Below the pieces are notes generated by a model. It did no database searches. It saw only the letters and a program-made list of their open reading frames with translations, and was not told where the DNA came from. Shown in pieces: positions 25,635 to 47,232 of a stretch of DNA of 64,000 nucleotides (within the stretch, counting starts at the first letter, position 1; each line of letters starts with the position of its first letter). Origin of the DNA: Cercozoa sp. M6MM (Eukaryota; Protista; Endomyxa: Ascetosporea); NCBI GenBank assembly GCA_040357565.1, contig JBDODJ010000007.1. One strand, given 5' to 3'. The position numbers and the translations under genes were made by a program.

Positions 25635-26755
25635 CTTCATTGTAGCTCTTCTCGGCGGCCACTAAAATTGTACATACAACAGCTAGGAGGCAAAACAAAA
25701 GGTGTGCTACAGTCATCGAGTCCCAGCGACGGCGTGGCCCACTTGTGCGCAACACTGCTGACATTGACGACGCGGCAGTTCTCGTTCGCTCGCAGCAACG
25801 GTAGCAGTTCGTTCGTCAACAACTGGAGGACATATATCATGTATAGTACATCCGTACTGTGTAGCGGTGGGAGCAAAGTCATTAAGCAAAACGCACGTAG
25901 TGGCCAAACACGTTCGTCCGCATTTGCATTTCGACTCCGTCAATCACGGTGCGGGGGCACATCATGACGCCTAAAATGACAGAATACAGGAGAGAGCGCC
26001 GATTCAGAGAGAACTGAAGAATACAGTACCCGCATTGTTCAGCAGCACAGTGAACGGTTTCTCAAGCTGCAACGATCTCACTTGCTGCGCAGCCTGTTCG
26101 CGAGAAGCAACCCGCGTTGCATGCACAATCAAAAACTGAAGAGCAAAACAACTGGAAAAAGATCGACCTCGCGGATCGAATCGAAGTCGTTGAGATCGCA
26201 GACCACAGTGTGCACCTGGCACAGGGATGATAAGGAGATACCAACGCATCAAATGCAACCGGTATGCGAGAGGAGTTAACTACCTGCACATCGTCGTTGA
26301 GAGCACTCGTTCTCACTTCTTTGGCGGCTGCGTCCTGTCTCAAGGCCAACATAATCGTTTCATCAGTACGACAGTGTGCATACAACTTGAAGTCAAGATA
26401 GCTACAGTTTATACCAGTGTGGTAGGGTTACGACCCATCATGATGACGCTGCCTCCGACTCTCGCAACGTGCAGCGCTGTGTGCTTGCCAAGCCCTGTGT
26501 TGGCGCCAGTGATGCACACCGTGCATTCACCTTAAACATCGACGAAGGGTGAAGGTTGATGCACAGATTACATGTCTTGTAGTTTAATATCAGATGTACG
26601 GATGCGGTCGGCAAAGGTATCGGCCACCTCTGACGCCGTCGAGCCGCTTCCAAAACCTGAGCGCACGACAATATTTCGGCAAAAACTCTAAAGAAACACT
26701 GCAAGTTGGCTGCACCAGATGCAAGCTTGCGACCAAAGAGGTAATTTAAAGCCAT
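24592..26755 (-). CDS. Short-chain dehydrogenase/reductase, retinol dehydrogenase (RDH12/WWOX)-like
   Basis: CITGANTGLG (TGxxxGxG), VVCDLNDFDSIR, VLLNNAG, MQMRTNVFGHY, RVVNVSSVAH, catalytic YGDSK (YxxxK) and VPQGAATGVYC. An N-gap lies inside an intron; the termini are approximate. Confidence 0.85.
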
Positions 26756-26925
26756 TCTGGTGTTTCCTGTGCTCAAACTCCTAGTGTGGGATCTACTGAT
26801 CACACTTTTCGATTTAAACCTGAGGTCAAAGGCTAGCGACCCAAGCCTGTTCACTTCCGAGGTATTGTTACTGTTTTCCAATAATCTAAAAGGCTGAAGC
26901 CCGAGGCTAGCCTTTGAGTTGGCCG

Positions 26926-28041
26926 TTAGACTCTTCTTTGACGTCGTGCTGTATCGGTACAGTCCAGCTCGAGAGTGGGTCATAAGAATCATGCATGACT
27001 CACGATGTACCTTTGGAGACAACGCGTGCAGATCGAACAGCATTCTTGCATCGCCTGTTGATAAACAATGCAGCCGATGGTGTCAAATCAACACAAGTAG
27101 AGCAGAAACTGTCGGTACCGCCTCCTTCTTGGCGTCGCTTTCGACGCGAGGCTCGACTCGGCCGGAGACGCGAGTATGAGCGCGGTGCAGCGACCTGGGC
27201 GGGACTACATGCCCTCAATTTAGCTATAACGACTCCAGACGGTCAAAATGGTACCTTTTGCTGCCCTGCGTGCTTGCAACGAGGCGCATCGGCATGGCAC
27301 GGTGTGACGGTGTGTTGGGTGCTGTCGTTGATGCCAGTGCACCTGGCGGCAGTCCTACCAATATCCGCCATGTAAGTTTATTAATCCTGAGAAGCGAACA
27401 CCTAGTCAGTTTATACCCTGCAAGTTGCCACTCGTGGGCGGTGTCGTCGTAATCTTGGCGGCGCCACTTGAGAGACGCGTCACACCCACACGGCGGTGTC
27501 CCTGTGTGCCGTACATTTACCGAGTAGTCAGGTCACCAGAGGATTGAGATACTTGCTGTGGGAAGAGGTGCGGTGCCGACGTATACCGCTGCAAGGCAGG
27601 CATACTGGAATTTTGCCCACTGTTACGACGACTGTGCGACTGAGTCTGAGCTTATAACAACTTATACATTACAGGGCATACTGTCATACATAAAATTGTG
27701 AGAGGTGTTTGTACCCTAGAGCGACGATCGCTCGTGTTGCTGCTGTCGCTGGTAGGGTTGTTGTTGCTGTTGCTAACTGGTGTCATGGCCAGCGTCAGAT
27801 GCGACAACATATTCATCATGTGCTGCTGTTGTGTCTGTGAACAGACGACATGTTGATGAAATATTCCATGCTCGTACAACCAGGTAGCCTATATTTAGTA
27901 GTACCACAAGGTGTTCAACAGTAGTGTTGAGCGACAGAGTGGACGTAGGTGTCGCCAGCACCGGCGATGTCGTGGCACTCGTCGCTGTATCGTCTGGTAT
28001 CACGTGCCCCTGCGCGTGCGTGCGTGTGCGTGCGTGTGTGT

Positions 28042-28115
<74 letters not shown>

Positions 28116-31060
28116 AAGCACGTATACACGTGTCTATGTCAGGTAGACTAAAATACCAAGTGCTGCAAGGTTGAAACGAGTCGTGCCTCGGCGCTTGAGA
28201 GCTGTGCCGTCTTGGTACGCAGCCACTCGCACGCTTCTCCACACAAGGCACGTATCGTTCGCACTTCAGCCAACGCTGCTTGGATTGTCTGCATAAGTTA
28301 CACAGTGTGTTGATTTTATTCTAAAACTTAGATACTCTCTTTCAGTATCTCAAGAGGCTACCGTTGGAGTGACATCGGCGCTCGCACCGTTTGGAGTCAA
28401 GGTCGGCACTGACTCTGTCTCTGTGTCTACACATTTCCGGAGTGTGTTTTTTTTTTGCGCATACGAAGGTACCCTGAGTCTGGTGCTGTTGGAATTTGCC
28501 CCTTAATTGGTGCCGTAGCTGCATCGCAGGACTGCGTGCCGTCAATCGACTGGAGCACAGTCACGCTAGCTGTTCATACAACATACAGTATCGTTGAAGG
28601 TACTTGGGATTGCTGTCAGAATTCGAAGAACGTGTTGATGCATTGCTTGCTGACGTTACTTGTGTCGGAGGCGTCTGTCTCGAAGATATAGATGAAACAC
28701 ATCACTGCTTCACCGGCGTGGGTGCGTACCTTGACATGCGAATGTGACTTGTTGCTGTTGGGCACGGACGATGGCGCCGATGTTGGTACTTGTACGTGCA
28801 GCCCTGGTTGAACTTTGCCGTTGCTGTCGTTGTGGGGCACTGTGCTGGGACGATGTGACGCTCCACTCGTCGGATCGTCTGGTGACGTCAGCACATCGAT
28901 CGACATACGCCGTTTGTGTCTAAGTTTTTAAATTACACCTCTGGGTTTATCTAGTTCGAACACAAATTAAAGCTAGCTGTACCGAGTGAAGTGGGCGTTT
29001 GTCTCGCTTCTACGCAACGACGAGCGGCTACCTTCGGGTGAACTCGTCATGTCAGTGCTAGTGCCATCGTTGCCAGCATGCTGATCGCTCGTGCTCGCAG
29101 CAAAGACTCGTCGTGACTGTGTACTCTTTGGAAGAGTGTACACGTAATTAATCGTCAGAACGGAGATGGAGAAGATGTAGCACCTGTGAAAACAGTGTTT
29201 GCGACGACAAAGTCGCCGGAAGCTGCGACGTGCTGCGCGAGTGATGGCGCCGTCGATGTCTCTGACCCTGCTTGACCTTGCCGTTCTCAAGAAAGTAGTT
29301 GTCGTTGCTGCGCTGCTTGAGGAGTCCAAGTCGCTCTGCCCGCGCGTCCGTACCTGCGCAAAATCAAATAGAACGTCCAAGTTCTACTGACATGACAAGC
29401 TGATTCTGCACACCGGTCTCTGCATCGGAGGTCTGTGTTGTCGACATTGATGCCGAAGCGGACTCGTCATGTGCGCCTACACACGCCCGATTATTCCGAG
29501 ATCATTGCCTATTCATGGTGTATAGTACTGTCTTGCTCGGGTCCGTCCATGTTTGCAGGCACGTGAATCGCTTCATGCTCGCGGAGCGACGGTAACTGCG
29601 ACAAGCGGCGTCGTCGTCGGAGATTCACCTGCAGACAACCTCATATGAGTGTCGGTCAAAGAGACGTAGAAGGCAGGACCTGAACTGGAGCGGGTCTTGT
29701 CTCAGGTTCGGCTGCGAAGGGACTTCCATTGGTGATATCGGTGTCCATAAGCATCTCTTCTTGCTCTGCTGCGTGTACGAGGGCTTCACGCCGCTGCTGC
29801 AGTGCCATCCAGCGCTGTTCTGCCGCCTCTTCGTTCATTTTCTATCGGAGCACAGACGCTTTCATTATGCGAATTCTCGTAAATTAGTTTCGTACCTGCA
29901 GCGACATGCAAAGTGCTTCTTTTGAACGCTCATTGAGTTGCCGCAGTTCTTTTCGAATGTGTTTCGAAGTGTCGCCTTCCGATGCCACATTCCGATAGGC
30001 CGGTAGACAACGCAAAATTAGCCAGCCGAATACCAAATGAAGTGAGTTCGTCGTCGCTGTCATCGCTGTCGAAGGACTCCTTTTTGGACACATCTGGTGA
30101 TATCTTGGCGCGACGTGCCAGTCGCTGTTCTCAAATGCACACTACAAGCGAGTGTGCTCAGTTAATTCTAAAAATACAGTACCTTGGTGAGACGCCGCTC
30201 AGTTCCACCCGTAGACTGAGAGCAAGCGTCACACAGAGCGACGGCACAGGCAGCCTGATCGGCTCGCAGATCGGCTGCACATAACGCAAGTGTGCGACGA
30301 AGGTCATGAGGCAAGCGTCGCGTCAGTTGATGCCACCTACAGCTTGTTGGCATACCGCAAGAGCGCACACAACATACGGTAGATCCAGGGTACCGACCGC
30401 AGTAATTTTGCATGGCTTCACTGATGGCATCGCACAGCTCCTGTGCTGCTTCCACCTATTCATTGGTACACACTTTTAGGATGATGCATCTGTAGCCAGT
30501 TTCAACAGATACCCTCTGTTTGACGCCGCCATGCGAGACATGTGCGTCACCGGCCACTCGGCGCAATAGGCCGTCCGACACAGTGGCGCCAACGTCGGCC
30601 AGGCATGTCGCCCGTAGCATGCGGAGGTTACTGCCATTATCCAACCAGTTTAGTGCGCGCGATACTGTATCTGTCCATGCATGCGTGGACTCAACAAAGC
30701 TGTACCCTAGCCGCTCCTGAGTGGTGGAAGGTGCCTCATGCGGCCACTGGGAATCATCCACGGGCAGCACAACTGTCTTGCTCAACGACTGCGGAGCCAA
30801 CCTGCCCTAGAGCTGTCAATTTTAGTTTTGCAGTGTGCGAGCGCGTATTACCGACACACAGCTTCGCTCAGAAGACGACCGTCAGCGACGCAGTTGAGCA
30901 GTTCCCTGGGGAAAAAGACACCACGTATCTCCGATAACTTCATTCTACAACACATCAGAGTTTGCAGAAAAGTGCATTACCTAGCGTCATCGACAGGAAC
31001 GCGGCGGGACAAGCGCAGTGTATTGAAAAACGAGGCCAGCGCGGCCACCCCCTCCATCAT
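26926..31060 (-). CDS. Hypothetical multi-exon coiled-coil/low-complexity protein (weak HAUS6/augmin-like N-terminus)
   Basis: Begins MMEGVAALASFFNTLRL. Series of GT-AG-bounded exons, including coiled-coil segments (HIRKELRQLNERSKEAL; MNEEAAEQRWMALQQRREAL) and an S/T/P-rich tail. The family call is only an impression. Confidence 0.5.
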
Positions 31061-31470
31061 TATTCAAACGGTTCCCCCCAACTGATCGTTCTGCCAGCTG
31101 TTGAAACCAGACTTGCTGCACCAACGCCCACACCAAAAGAGCACTCCACTACAACGTGCAAAGCCTGGTAACTTGACACCGGAATCAGGCTTTACTGTAT
31201 TACTGATCCTGGCTGCTGGATCACTGGCAGTTGTTCAGAGTTGGTCCTGAACGGAACCATGGAATCTGACTCACCCGGCCGAGCCGGGGAGCGGATGAGG
31301 TGCTATGCGCGTTTGCACAGGTGGGAAAGCGTCCAGCCGATCTGTCAACCTCGTTTGTGTCGCTGGTTCGCTCTGCGGCTGCTTTTGGGTCCGCTGCTGG
31401 TGCATTTAGTTGAAACTCGACAAACGACAGACGAAGCAACGCGTGCTTCTGGGTTTTGCTGTGTCGTGAA

Positions 31471-33496
31471 ATGCCGCGCAGAGGCGAAAAGCGCACTCGA
31501 GCAGCGGCTGCTGGGCTAAACGTGTCCGGTCTGTCGTCGCTGCGCACCACTGTGACACCAAGGTATCTGTGCTCGCCTTACCTCTGTACCTTTGTGAAAG
31601 CGCATGTTTTTCCCCAGTGACGGTGCCACGGCGGGCAACAACGATGCCCGACCAGTCGAAAGAAGCGCAAGCGAGCAAAGAAACGAGCCGCATTCAAAGC
31701 GCGCACGAAAGACGAAAAGCACCGACACTGGCAGCAGCAGTGCGATGAACGACCTCGCAGACGATGCCGTCGACGCTGTGCTTTTGGCTCATTTGCGACG
31801 CCTCGATTCTCTCGTATTCAGTTTTTGCTTTTGCTGTTTCAACTGAGTGATCTTATTTTGACAGGGGAGCGAATGGGCAAGACACGACTCGTCGATGCAA
31901 GCCTTGCTGAGCGCGAATCAAAAACTACGCGCTGCTGTCGACACAGCGACAGTAAGAGCAAAGCTTTCTCTGTATGAGCCATGTTTTTTTTCTGCGCGTA
32001 GACAGAGAAAGCAACGGCAGCACGCAGTGACATGGAACGCCGCGCTCAGCAGGCGCAAACTCTTGTCAAGCGGTACCGAGATGACGCTCGACGCTTTGAG
32101 CAGCTTTCATTACGACCAACAGCATCACTACAGGTTCCGACTCTCCGTGTTTTCATAATCACTCCAAATAAGTGCCTTGTGTGTAGGAAAAGGTGGCGGC
32201 CATGGAAGCTGAACTGTCCGTGGTTCGGCAAGAGTCAGATGCTATGCGTCGTGTTACGCACCAGCAGCAGCGCCGTTTGCAAGAGTTGCACGGTGCCGAC
32301 GACAGGTAATGTGACTGTACACCAGCTTTTGTTTGTTGTACAATCGCTTTGTCGTTGCCGTAGGTGCGCGTCGCTACAGCAGCAGTTGCAAGATGCCAAT
32401 GCTCAACTGGTAGACTTGCTTGCGGGACTCGGAGCGTCTTTCTATGTTTGTGTTGCCCTTCTGCAGAGGTCACTGACGCATTCGCTGGAACGAACTCAGC
32501 GCGAATTGGACGAATCACGTGTTTCTGAGGTGTGTTTTTCTTATCGTGTTTTTTAAAATTTGAAGCCAACATGCAAAACAGGCCGAGACAAGGCGAAAGC
32601 ACCGCGCAGATGCGGAACAATTGCTAGAATTGCGACAAGTCGCGCGTACACAGGTATAAATTGCTTATTTCTGTGTTAGTACGCTTCTCTATTGATCAAT
32701 TTCACGCAGGAGAAAGACTTGCGCACTGTGCGGCAGCAGCTGCAAAAGGCACAGGAAGACAACGAGGCGCTGAAGCGACGGAGGGGTGCGAACAACGATT
32801 TGTCTCCTTGTGACATCATAACGTTGTGGCTGAGCAGGGACTCTCGTCACGCAAGTCACCGAACTCAGCGATGATAGACAGTTCGTATGTTCTCTTTTTT
32901 CTGTTTTCATCGATTTTTAGAGATTAACATGCGCAGTTGAAACAAACTCTGCAGCTTCTGCTGAGACTGACGGGAATGCGCGTCAAGGTTGATTCAGTTT
33001 AACACGATGTATGTGTGTGTGTGTGCGCGCGCGCGTGTGTGTGTGTGTGTGTGTGAATTGGGACTGTTTTCGTGTGATAGGAGAAAAACAGCGTGTTTTC
33101 TTGCTATTGCGGCGACTACTCGGACCGGCAGCTTGAGGAAACGCTCGAGGTTTTTTCTTGTCTTACTCTTGTGTTTGTTGCCACTGTTCTGTCAACTTGA
33201 CTCATTTTGTTTTGACAGACCGAAATGAAACGCTCGCGAGAGAGAATAAGCAACGGCACGGCTGGTGCCAGTAGCGAATCTGATGAGCAGGAGGAAGTAG
33301 TTCCTGTCTCTCATTTGATGTGGAAGCAAAGGTCTATGTAAGTGTATTCGTGTTGCCGTTCCCAGGCACATTTTGAGCTCCGCGCACGTGGCTCCGATAT
33401 CGAGTACCGACCGCGACGCATGCGACGGATTCCGACGTCGGTGTCTTGGCTCAACGAGCGGTACTACATATTTTTGCTGTGTTTGTAGATACCCGA

Positions 33497-33551
<55 letters not shown>

Positions 33552-34140
33552 TATGCCTGCAGGATAATGTTTCCAGCGAACGAGGCACCCTTGTTCTTGC
33601 GACATGTGGTCAGCACAGTGTTTGCCCCCAGTGACGACACGCACAGCAATGAGAACGCAACCACTGGTCACAACACTGGCCGAAGCAACAAGCACCTCGT
33701 GTCGCCGACGCCCGAAGTTCTCGCGCGTTCTCAGCGACGTCTGAGTGCGCCTTCGACGGCCTCCTTTAGTCGTGTACCTTCCCTTCTCTTGTGCCTCAGG
33801 TCGCTCGTGTCTGATGTAGCCTCTGTCGATGCGTTAGGCTTACCCAAGACACCGAATGCCTGCGCTGACTCCTGCCAATCGAGCGAGCACTCTGCACAAC
33901 AATGGTCAGCACAATAACGATAACAACCGCGAACAGCGACAGCGACGTGATGATGCACACAGCGTCGGCGGCCCTCTGCAGTCCCAGGCTGCTTACAACC
34001 AGGGTCAAGGTACTGTTGTTCCCCCGTTAAGTTTTGCCTTTGAACTGACCTGCATGAGCGTTGTTCGGACATGCACGCAGCGCATGACACCCGTGACGCA
34101 GACACTGACAGGCGCCGTCGCTCCTTTCGTCGTTCGCTAG
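31471..34140 (+). CDS. Coiled-coil protein with a Csm1/Pcs1 (monopolin) RWD-like domain
   Basis: MPRRGEKRTR... splices in frame to a long coiled coil, then LKQTLQLLLRLTGMRVK|EKNSVFSCYCG ... AHFELRARGSDIEYRP ... WLNE.IMFPANEAPLFLRHVVSTVF. This follows the Csm1/TITAN9 pattern (LTG...FxC...hHF.L...i.Y.P...l.F......F). The 3' end is unresolved. Confidence 0.55.
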
Positions 34141-34420
34141 GCTGAGACGAGATACCGCGCACTCCGCTAGGTCGCAATACACAGCACTTAGTTCCCCCTT
34201 TTTGAGTACGTGCCGTACGCTACGTGCGCTGACCACCTGAGCGGGCGTAAAACGAAATAACTTGACGTGTTGCCGCCGCCAGCCCCGCCATTTTATGTGA
34301 TCTCATCCTTGAGAGCATTCAGGTGCGGTGCGTGCATAGTAAAGATCTACTTGTATTAGTGTCTTGTAGAACTGAGTGCGCGGGCCAGCAGCTCATTTTG
34401 TTTTTGTGCTTTGCGGATAG

Positions 34421-43710
<9,290 letters not shown>

Positions 43711-44185
43711 CTCATTGGACGGATCGACGGCGAGTTTGTTACGGCATAGCGTTTAGTTAGTTAGTTGAGACTAACTTACTTCTCAGCGACTATCAAATCT
43801 GAACCAGTATGGTTAATAGTGAAGGATTTGTTTTGCTAGACCTGACTTCCTGGCTTGGGTCAAGCTTTCTACAGCTCACGCACTTTGACTGCAGTGCTTG
43901 GGCTGTTTTTTTGATTGCCATCAACAATCAACAAGCCTTCGAGCTTTCGACGACCTTTTTGACAAGGGTATGTCTGTAGATTACCCAATTCAGGATTAGC
44001 CGACCGGGCTAGGCTTCTAGCTCGCGAAAGGATCACCGATTCGAGGTCTACACAACGCGTCGGACCGCGCTGATAGCGTACGGTAGTCAGTCATGTTTCG
44101 TTTACTAAACTCAACCGAACGCATCCAATCCGTGTGCCTCCGTTTGCCGTACGTTTCGTGAAAGCATGAACGCGCTGGTTGACAT

Positions 44186-46001
44186 TCAGCGACGACGGTG
44201 CGACCTCGAGCGCGACCTCGAGCGACGCCGACTGCCAAACAGAACGGAAACAGTCAGTGCGACACAGACAGGAGCAGGCAGGCAAAAACAGCTTGAGAGT
44301 TAGTTAGATAGATAGATAGATAGATAGATCGGTCGGTAGATAGATAGATAGATAGATAGATCGGTCGGTAGATAGAGAGATAGATAGATAGATAGATAGA
44401 CGGGATGGGTAGGTAGATAGGTTAAGAGGGAGACAAAGAGAGCAAAAGGCACCGATCGCGGCTGCGACGACGACTGCGACTGCGGCGGCGTCGATCGCGA
44501 CTCGGTTCGCGTCGCGTACTGCCCGAGGACTGGAAGCCGCCCTTGCTGTGCAGCACGTATGATAAGGGGGGGTCGAGTGGGTAAAGGGGTAGAGTGGGTA
44601 AAGGGGTGGGAGTGGGGTAGTTACCGCAGCCTGAGGTCACGCGGCTCCTTAACAGAAGTGTCGACATCGCGCAGGTGCGTGTGCTTACTCTGCGACTTCT
44701 TGCCGTACTCGCGCTTCTGCATTATCTCCGGCAGACGCGTCTTGTCGCCGTAGATCTTATCTAGGGGGAGGGGGTAAAGGGGCTAAAAGGGGGTAAGAGT
44801 ACCAAGACCAGTAGCCTGTGTGAAATCGCGCTGCATCAGTGTTTCTGGCACCACGCCCGACTCGTCTTGGTAGAATACACCTGCACGCCGGGGGGGGTAA
44901 GAGAGGTAAGGGGCGGATCCAGAGGGTAGATGGTACCTGCGTGGTAGTACTTCTGCATGTAGCCCATGTGGCCGCGTTTTTCGTGCGGTACGAAATGTTC
45001 GATGCGTTTCTCGGCGTAGTCGCGCTCGAGTTCCTCGTCAGTCATGAGACGGCGTCGCAGTCGATGCACCAAGTCCATCAGTCGTTCCTTCTCGGCCAGC
45101 AGCATGGCTCGCACGCGCTGCAACTCGCGTTGCCGCCACTGCTCGATGCTCTCGCTCTGTTCTGTCTCGACGTCCTGCAGCTCCATGTCCTCGTCCGACG
45201 ACGGCAGCTCCACCTCGCTGTCCAACGCTGTCGCACGCCGCTCCTCGCGCTCCTGCTCGGGGGGGGGGGGGGTAAGGGGCGGGTGAAGATGGGACATGAG
45301 TGAAACAACGCACAATTTCGCGTTGTCGTTTCAGCGCCTCCAACACGAGTTCATCGCTGTGAAACACAAGGCCAAATTAACGTGAAACCCTTGAAATCAA
45401 AGCAACACTTTCGAAATCAAAGCGATACTTTCAAATCAAAGCGACACTTTCGAAATCAAAGCGCCACTTTCGAAATCAAAGCAAAGCAACCCAAGGAAAA
45501 GAAACTCGAAAAGCAGACGCACCTTTCGTTGCGCCGCTGCTGCTCGCGTTGCTGCTCGTGCTGTCGCAACGCTTCCGCCAAAGCTTCGGCTTTCACACTG
45601 CAACAGCGACACAGAGAAAGCAGGAGTAAGATGGGGGGGGGGGGGGGTAAAGCAGGGGCAAGAGGGGGTGGGTGGGGGTAGAACGCACGTTTCGGTCTGC
45701 TCGCGCAGATGCTTCATTTTCTCGCGCTTCTGCCGACTCACGAAGGTTGGCGCAATCGTTGGCCGCCGAATCACGACCTCCTCCTCGCTCTGCTCATCGC
45801 TTTCGCTCTCCTCCGTGTCCGAGTCGTAGCCACTCTCGCTGCACAAACACAGGACTGTCAGCTTCCAGTAGCTTTCAGTTCTCAACTCCCATTGTTGCTT
45901 TAAAAGATTAAAAAGCCCAAGTTGAAAACGAAAAATCAAAAGCCTGCAAAAAAAGTGTGATACAATCGTGGATTTTTCGTGTCATCCTTAACGCAGGGAC
46001 C

Positions 46002-46032
<31 letters not shown>

Positions 46033-47047
46033 TGAATTATGCCCCGAAGGGCAATTGAAAGCATTAAAGTTCTCCAACAACTCAATGTGATCGAAATGGA
46101 TTAAAATATGACAAGTCATGGGTCAAAGAATACCTTTCATCCTCGGGCTCCTGATCGGCCTTGGCACTAATCTCGGACTCCTGTGCATTTGCATGACTCA
46201 GTGAGCCAGTTGCGGCTCACTGAGAGCAGAGAAAGCTACCTGTTCGGCAAGGGCAGCAGCAGCTTCGGCTCGAAGCAGAAGTTCACGACGTCGCTCTTCA
46301 GCCTCTTCGTCGCTTTCGATCTCCATGCCGCTGTTTCAAAACATTGATCTAACGGTATCGAGACATCCTGAGACAAACGAAAGTACCCATCTGCAACGGC
46401 AAGCTCGTCGACATTGACTCGCAAATCGGCCGCCTCTGTACAAAAGCAAGGACATGTAATTAAGCAAGTCAACTCAAAGAAACGCCAACCGTCAAAGTCA
46501 TCAGCAGCACGAACCGTCTGCGCTCGGCCCGTCTTGCTTCGCAGTTCGGACACGAGTCGTTTAGACAAGAAACCTTCGCCTCGCTGCTCGTCGCTTTAGA
46601 GCAGCAGAAGCAATCAATGAAAGAACAGACACAATTATAAAAAGAAAAGTACTCAACTGGCGCAGATGAAAGTTCCACGTCGCTTTCGGCGCCGCTGTCG
46701 GTGCGACTCGAAAGTTCTGACCACCAATCAAAAGTTTAAACCACGAACGCACACCAAAGCAACAAAAACACAAAAACTGACCTGGCTTGGGAGCACGTTT
46801 CACAGGCTTCTCGACGCGCTCTGATTTTTGCTGCTTCTTTCGCTGCTCTTCGGCTTTCTTCTTTGCCTTGCGACGAGCCTAGACAAGAGAACGTTTAAGT
46901 TTTAACACTATAAGGGCATATAACTTAAATTCGCACCTTGCGCGCCTCGCGTGACTGCGCCAACAGACCGAACGTGTCCTCATCACTGTCCTCCTCGAAG
47001 GCCAGCGCACCGGCCCGGTACTTTCGCTTACTTCGCTTGGCTGGCAT
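44186..47047 (-). CDS. MFAP1: Microfibrillar-associated protein 1 (spliceosome B-complex protein, Spp381 homolog) with an RS-rich C-terminal tail
   Basis: MPAKRSKRKYRAG...EEDSDED; IAPTFVSRQKRE; EQWRQRELQRV; RRRLMTDEE; GYMQKYYHAGVFYQ; QRDFTQATG; DKTRLPEIMQKREYGKKSQSKHTHLRDVDT. The last two exons encode SRDRRRRSRSRRRSRDRRRRSRSRSRSHRRR*. Confidence 0.9.
44305..44400. repeat. (GATA)n tetranucleotide repeat in the last MFAP1 intron
   Basis: Tandem agat units interrupted twice by cggtcggt. Confidence 0.95.
45392..45485. repeat. ~20-bp minisatellite (GAAATCAAAGCGACACTTTC) x ~4.5 in an MFAP1 intron
   Basis: Abutting near-identical units with no spacers. Confidence 0.9.
45948..46055 (-). ncRNA. U6: U6 spliceosomal snRNA, nested in MFAP1 intron 46133-45839
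   Basis: The minus strand reads TGCCC-TTCG-GGGCA (5' stem-loop) TAATTCAAAAATTGGAACGATACAGAGAAGATTAGCATGGTCCCTGCGTTAAGGATGACACG...CACAC-T7. This gives an intact ACAGAGA box, AGC triad, ISL and an oligo-T Pol III terminator. The 5' end is uncertain by about 3 nt. Confidence 0.95.
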
Positions 47048-47232
47048 GTTCAAAGCTGTGCCAGAAGTAATTTCTACTCAAACACCCGAACTAGAGCCTG
47101 TGATGGGCGTTGGTGTTGACCTTGGGTTTGTTTATTTTTCGCTGTCCAAAAATACGAGTTTGGACCATATAGCCATTGACCAATCGACAGGAAGCAGATT
47201 GCCTGTGCACTTAGTTGTGTGTGCTTTGCAAT

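Noticed and set aside
31471-34140. MAD1 identity for the coiled-coil gene
   Set aside because: No RLK motif or Mad2-binding motif was seen, and the C-terminal pattern fits Csm1/Pcs1 better.
45392-45485. Possible CRISPR-like array of ~20-bp repeats containing a TTTCGAAA palindrome
   Set aside because: The units abut with no unique spacers, there are no cas genes, and it lies in a eukaryotic intron. It is a minisatellite.
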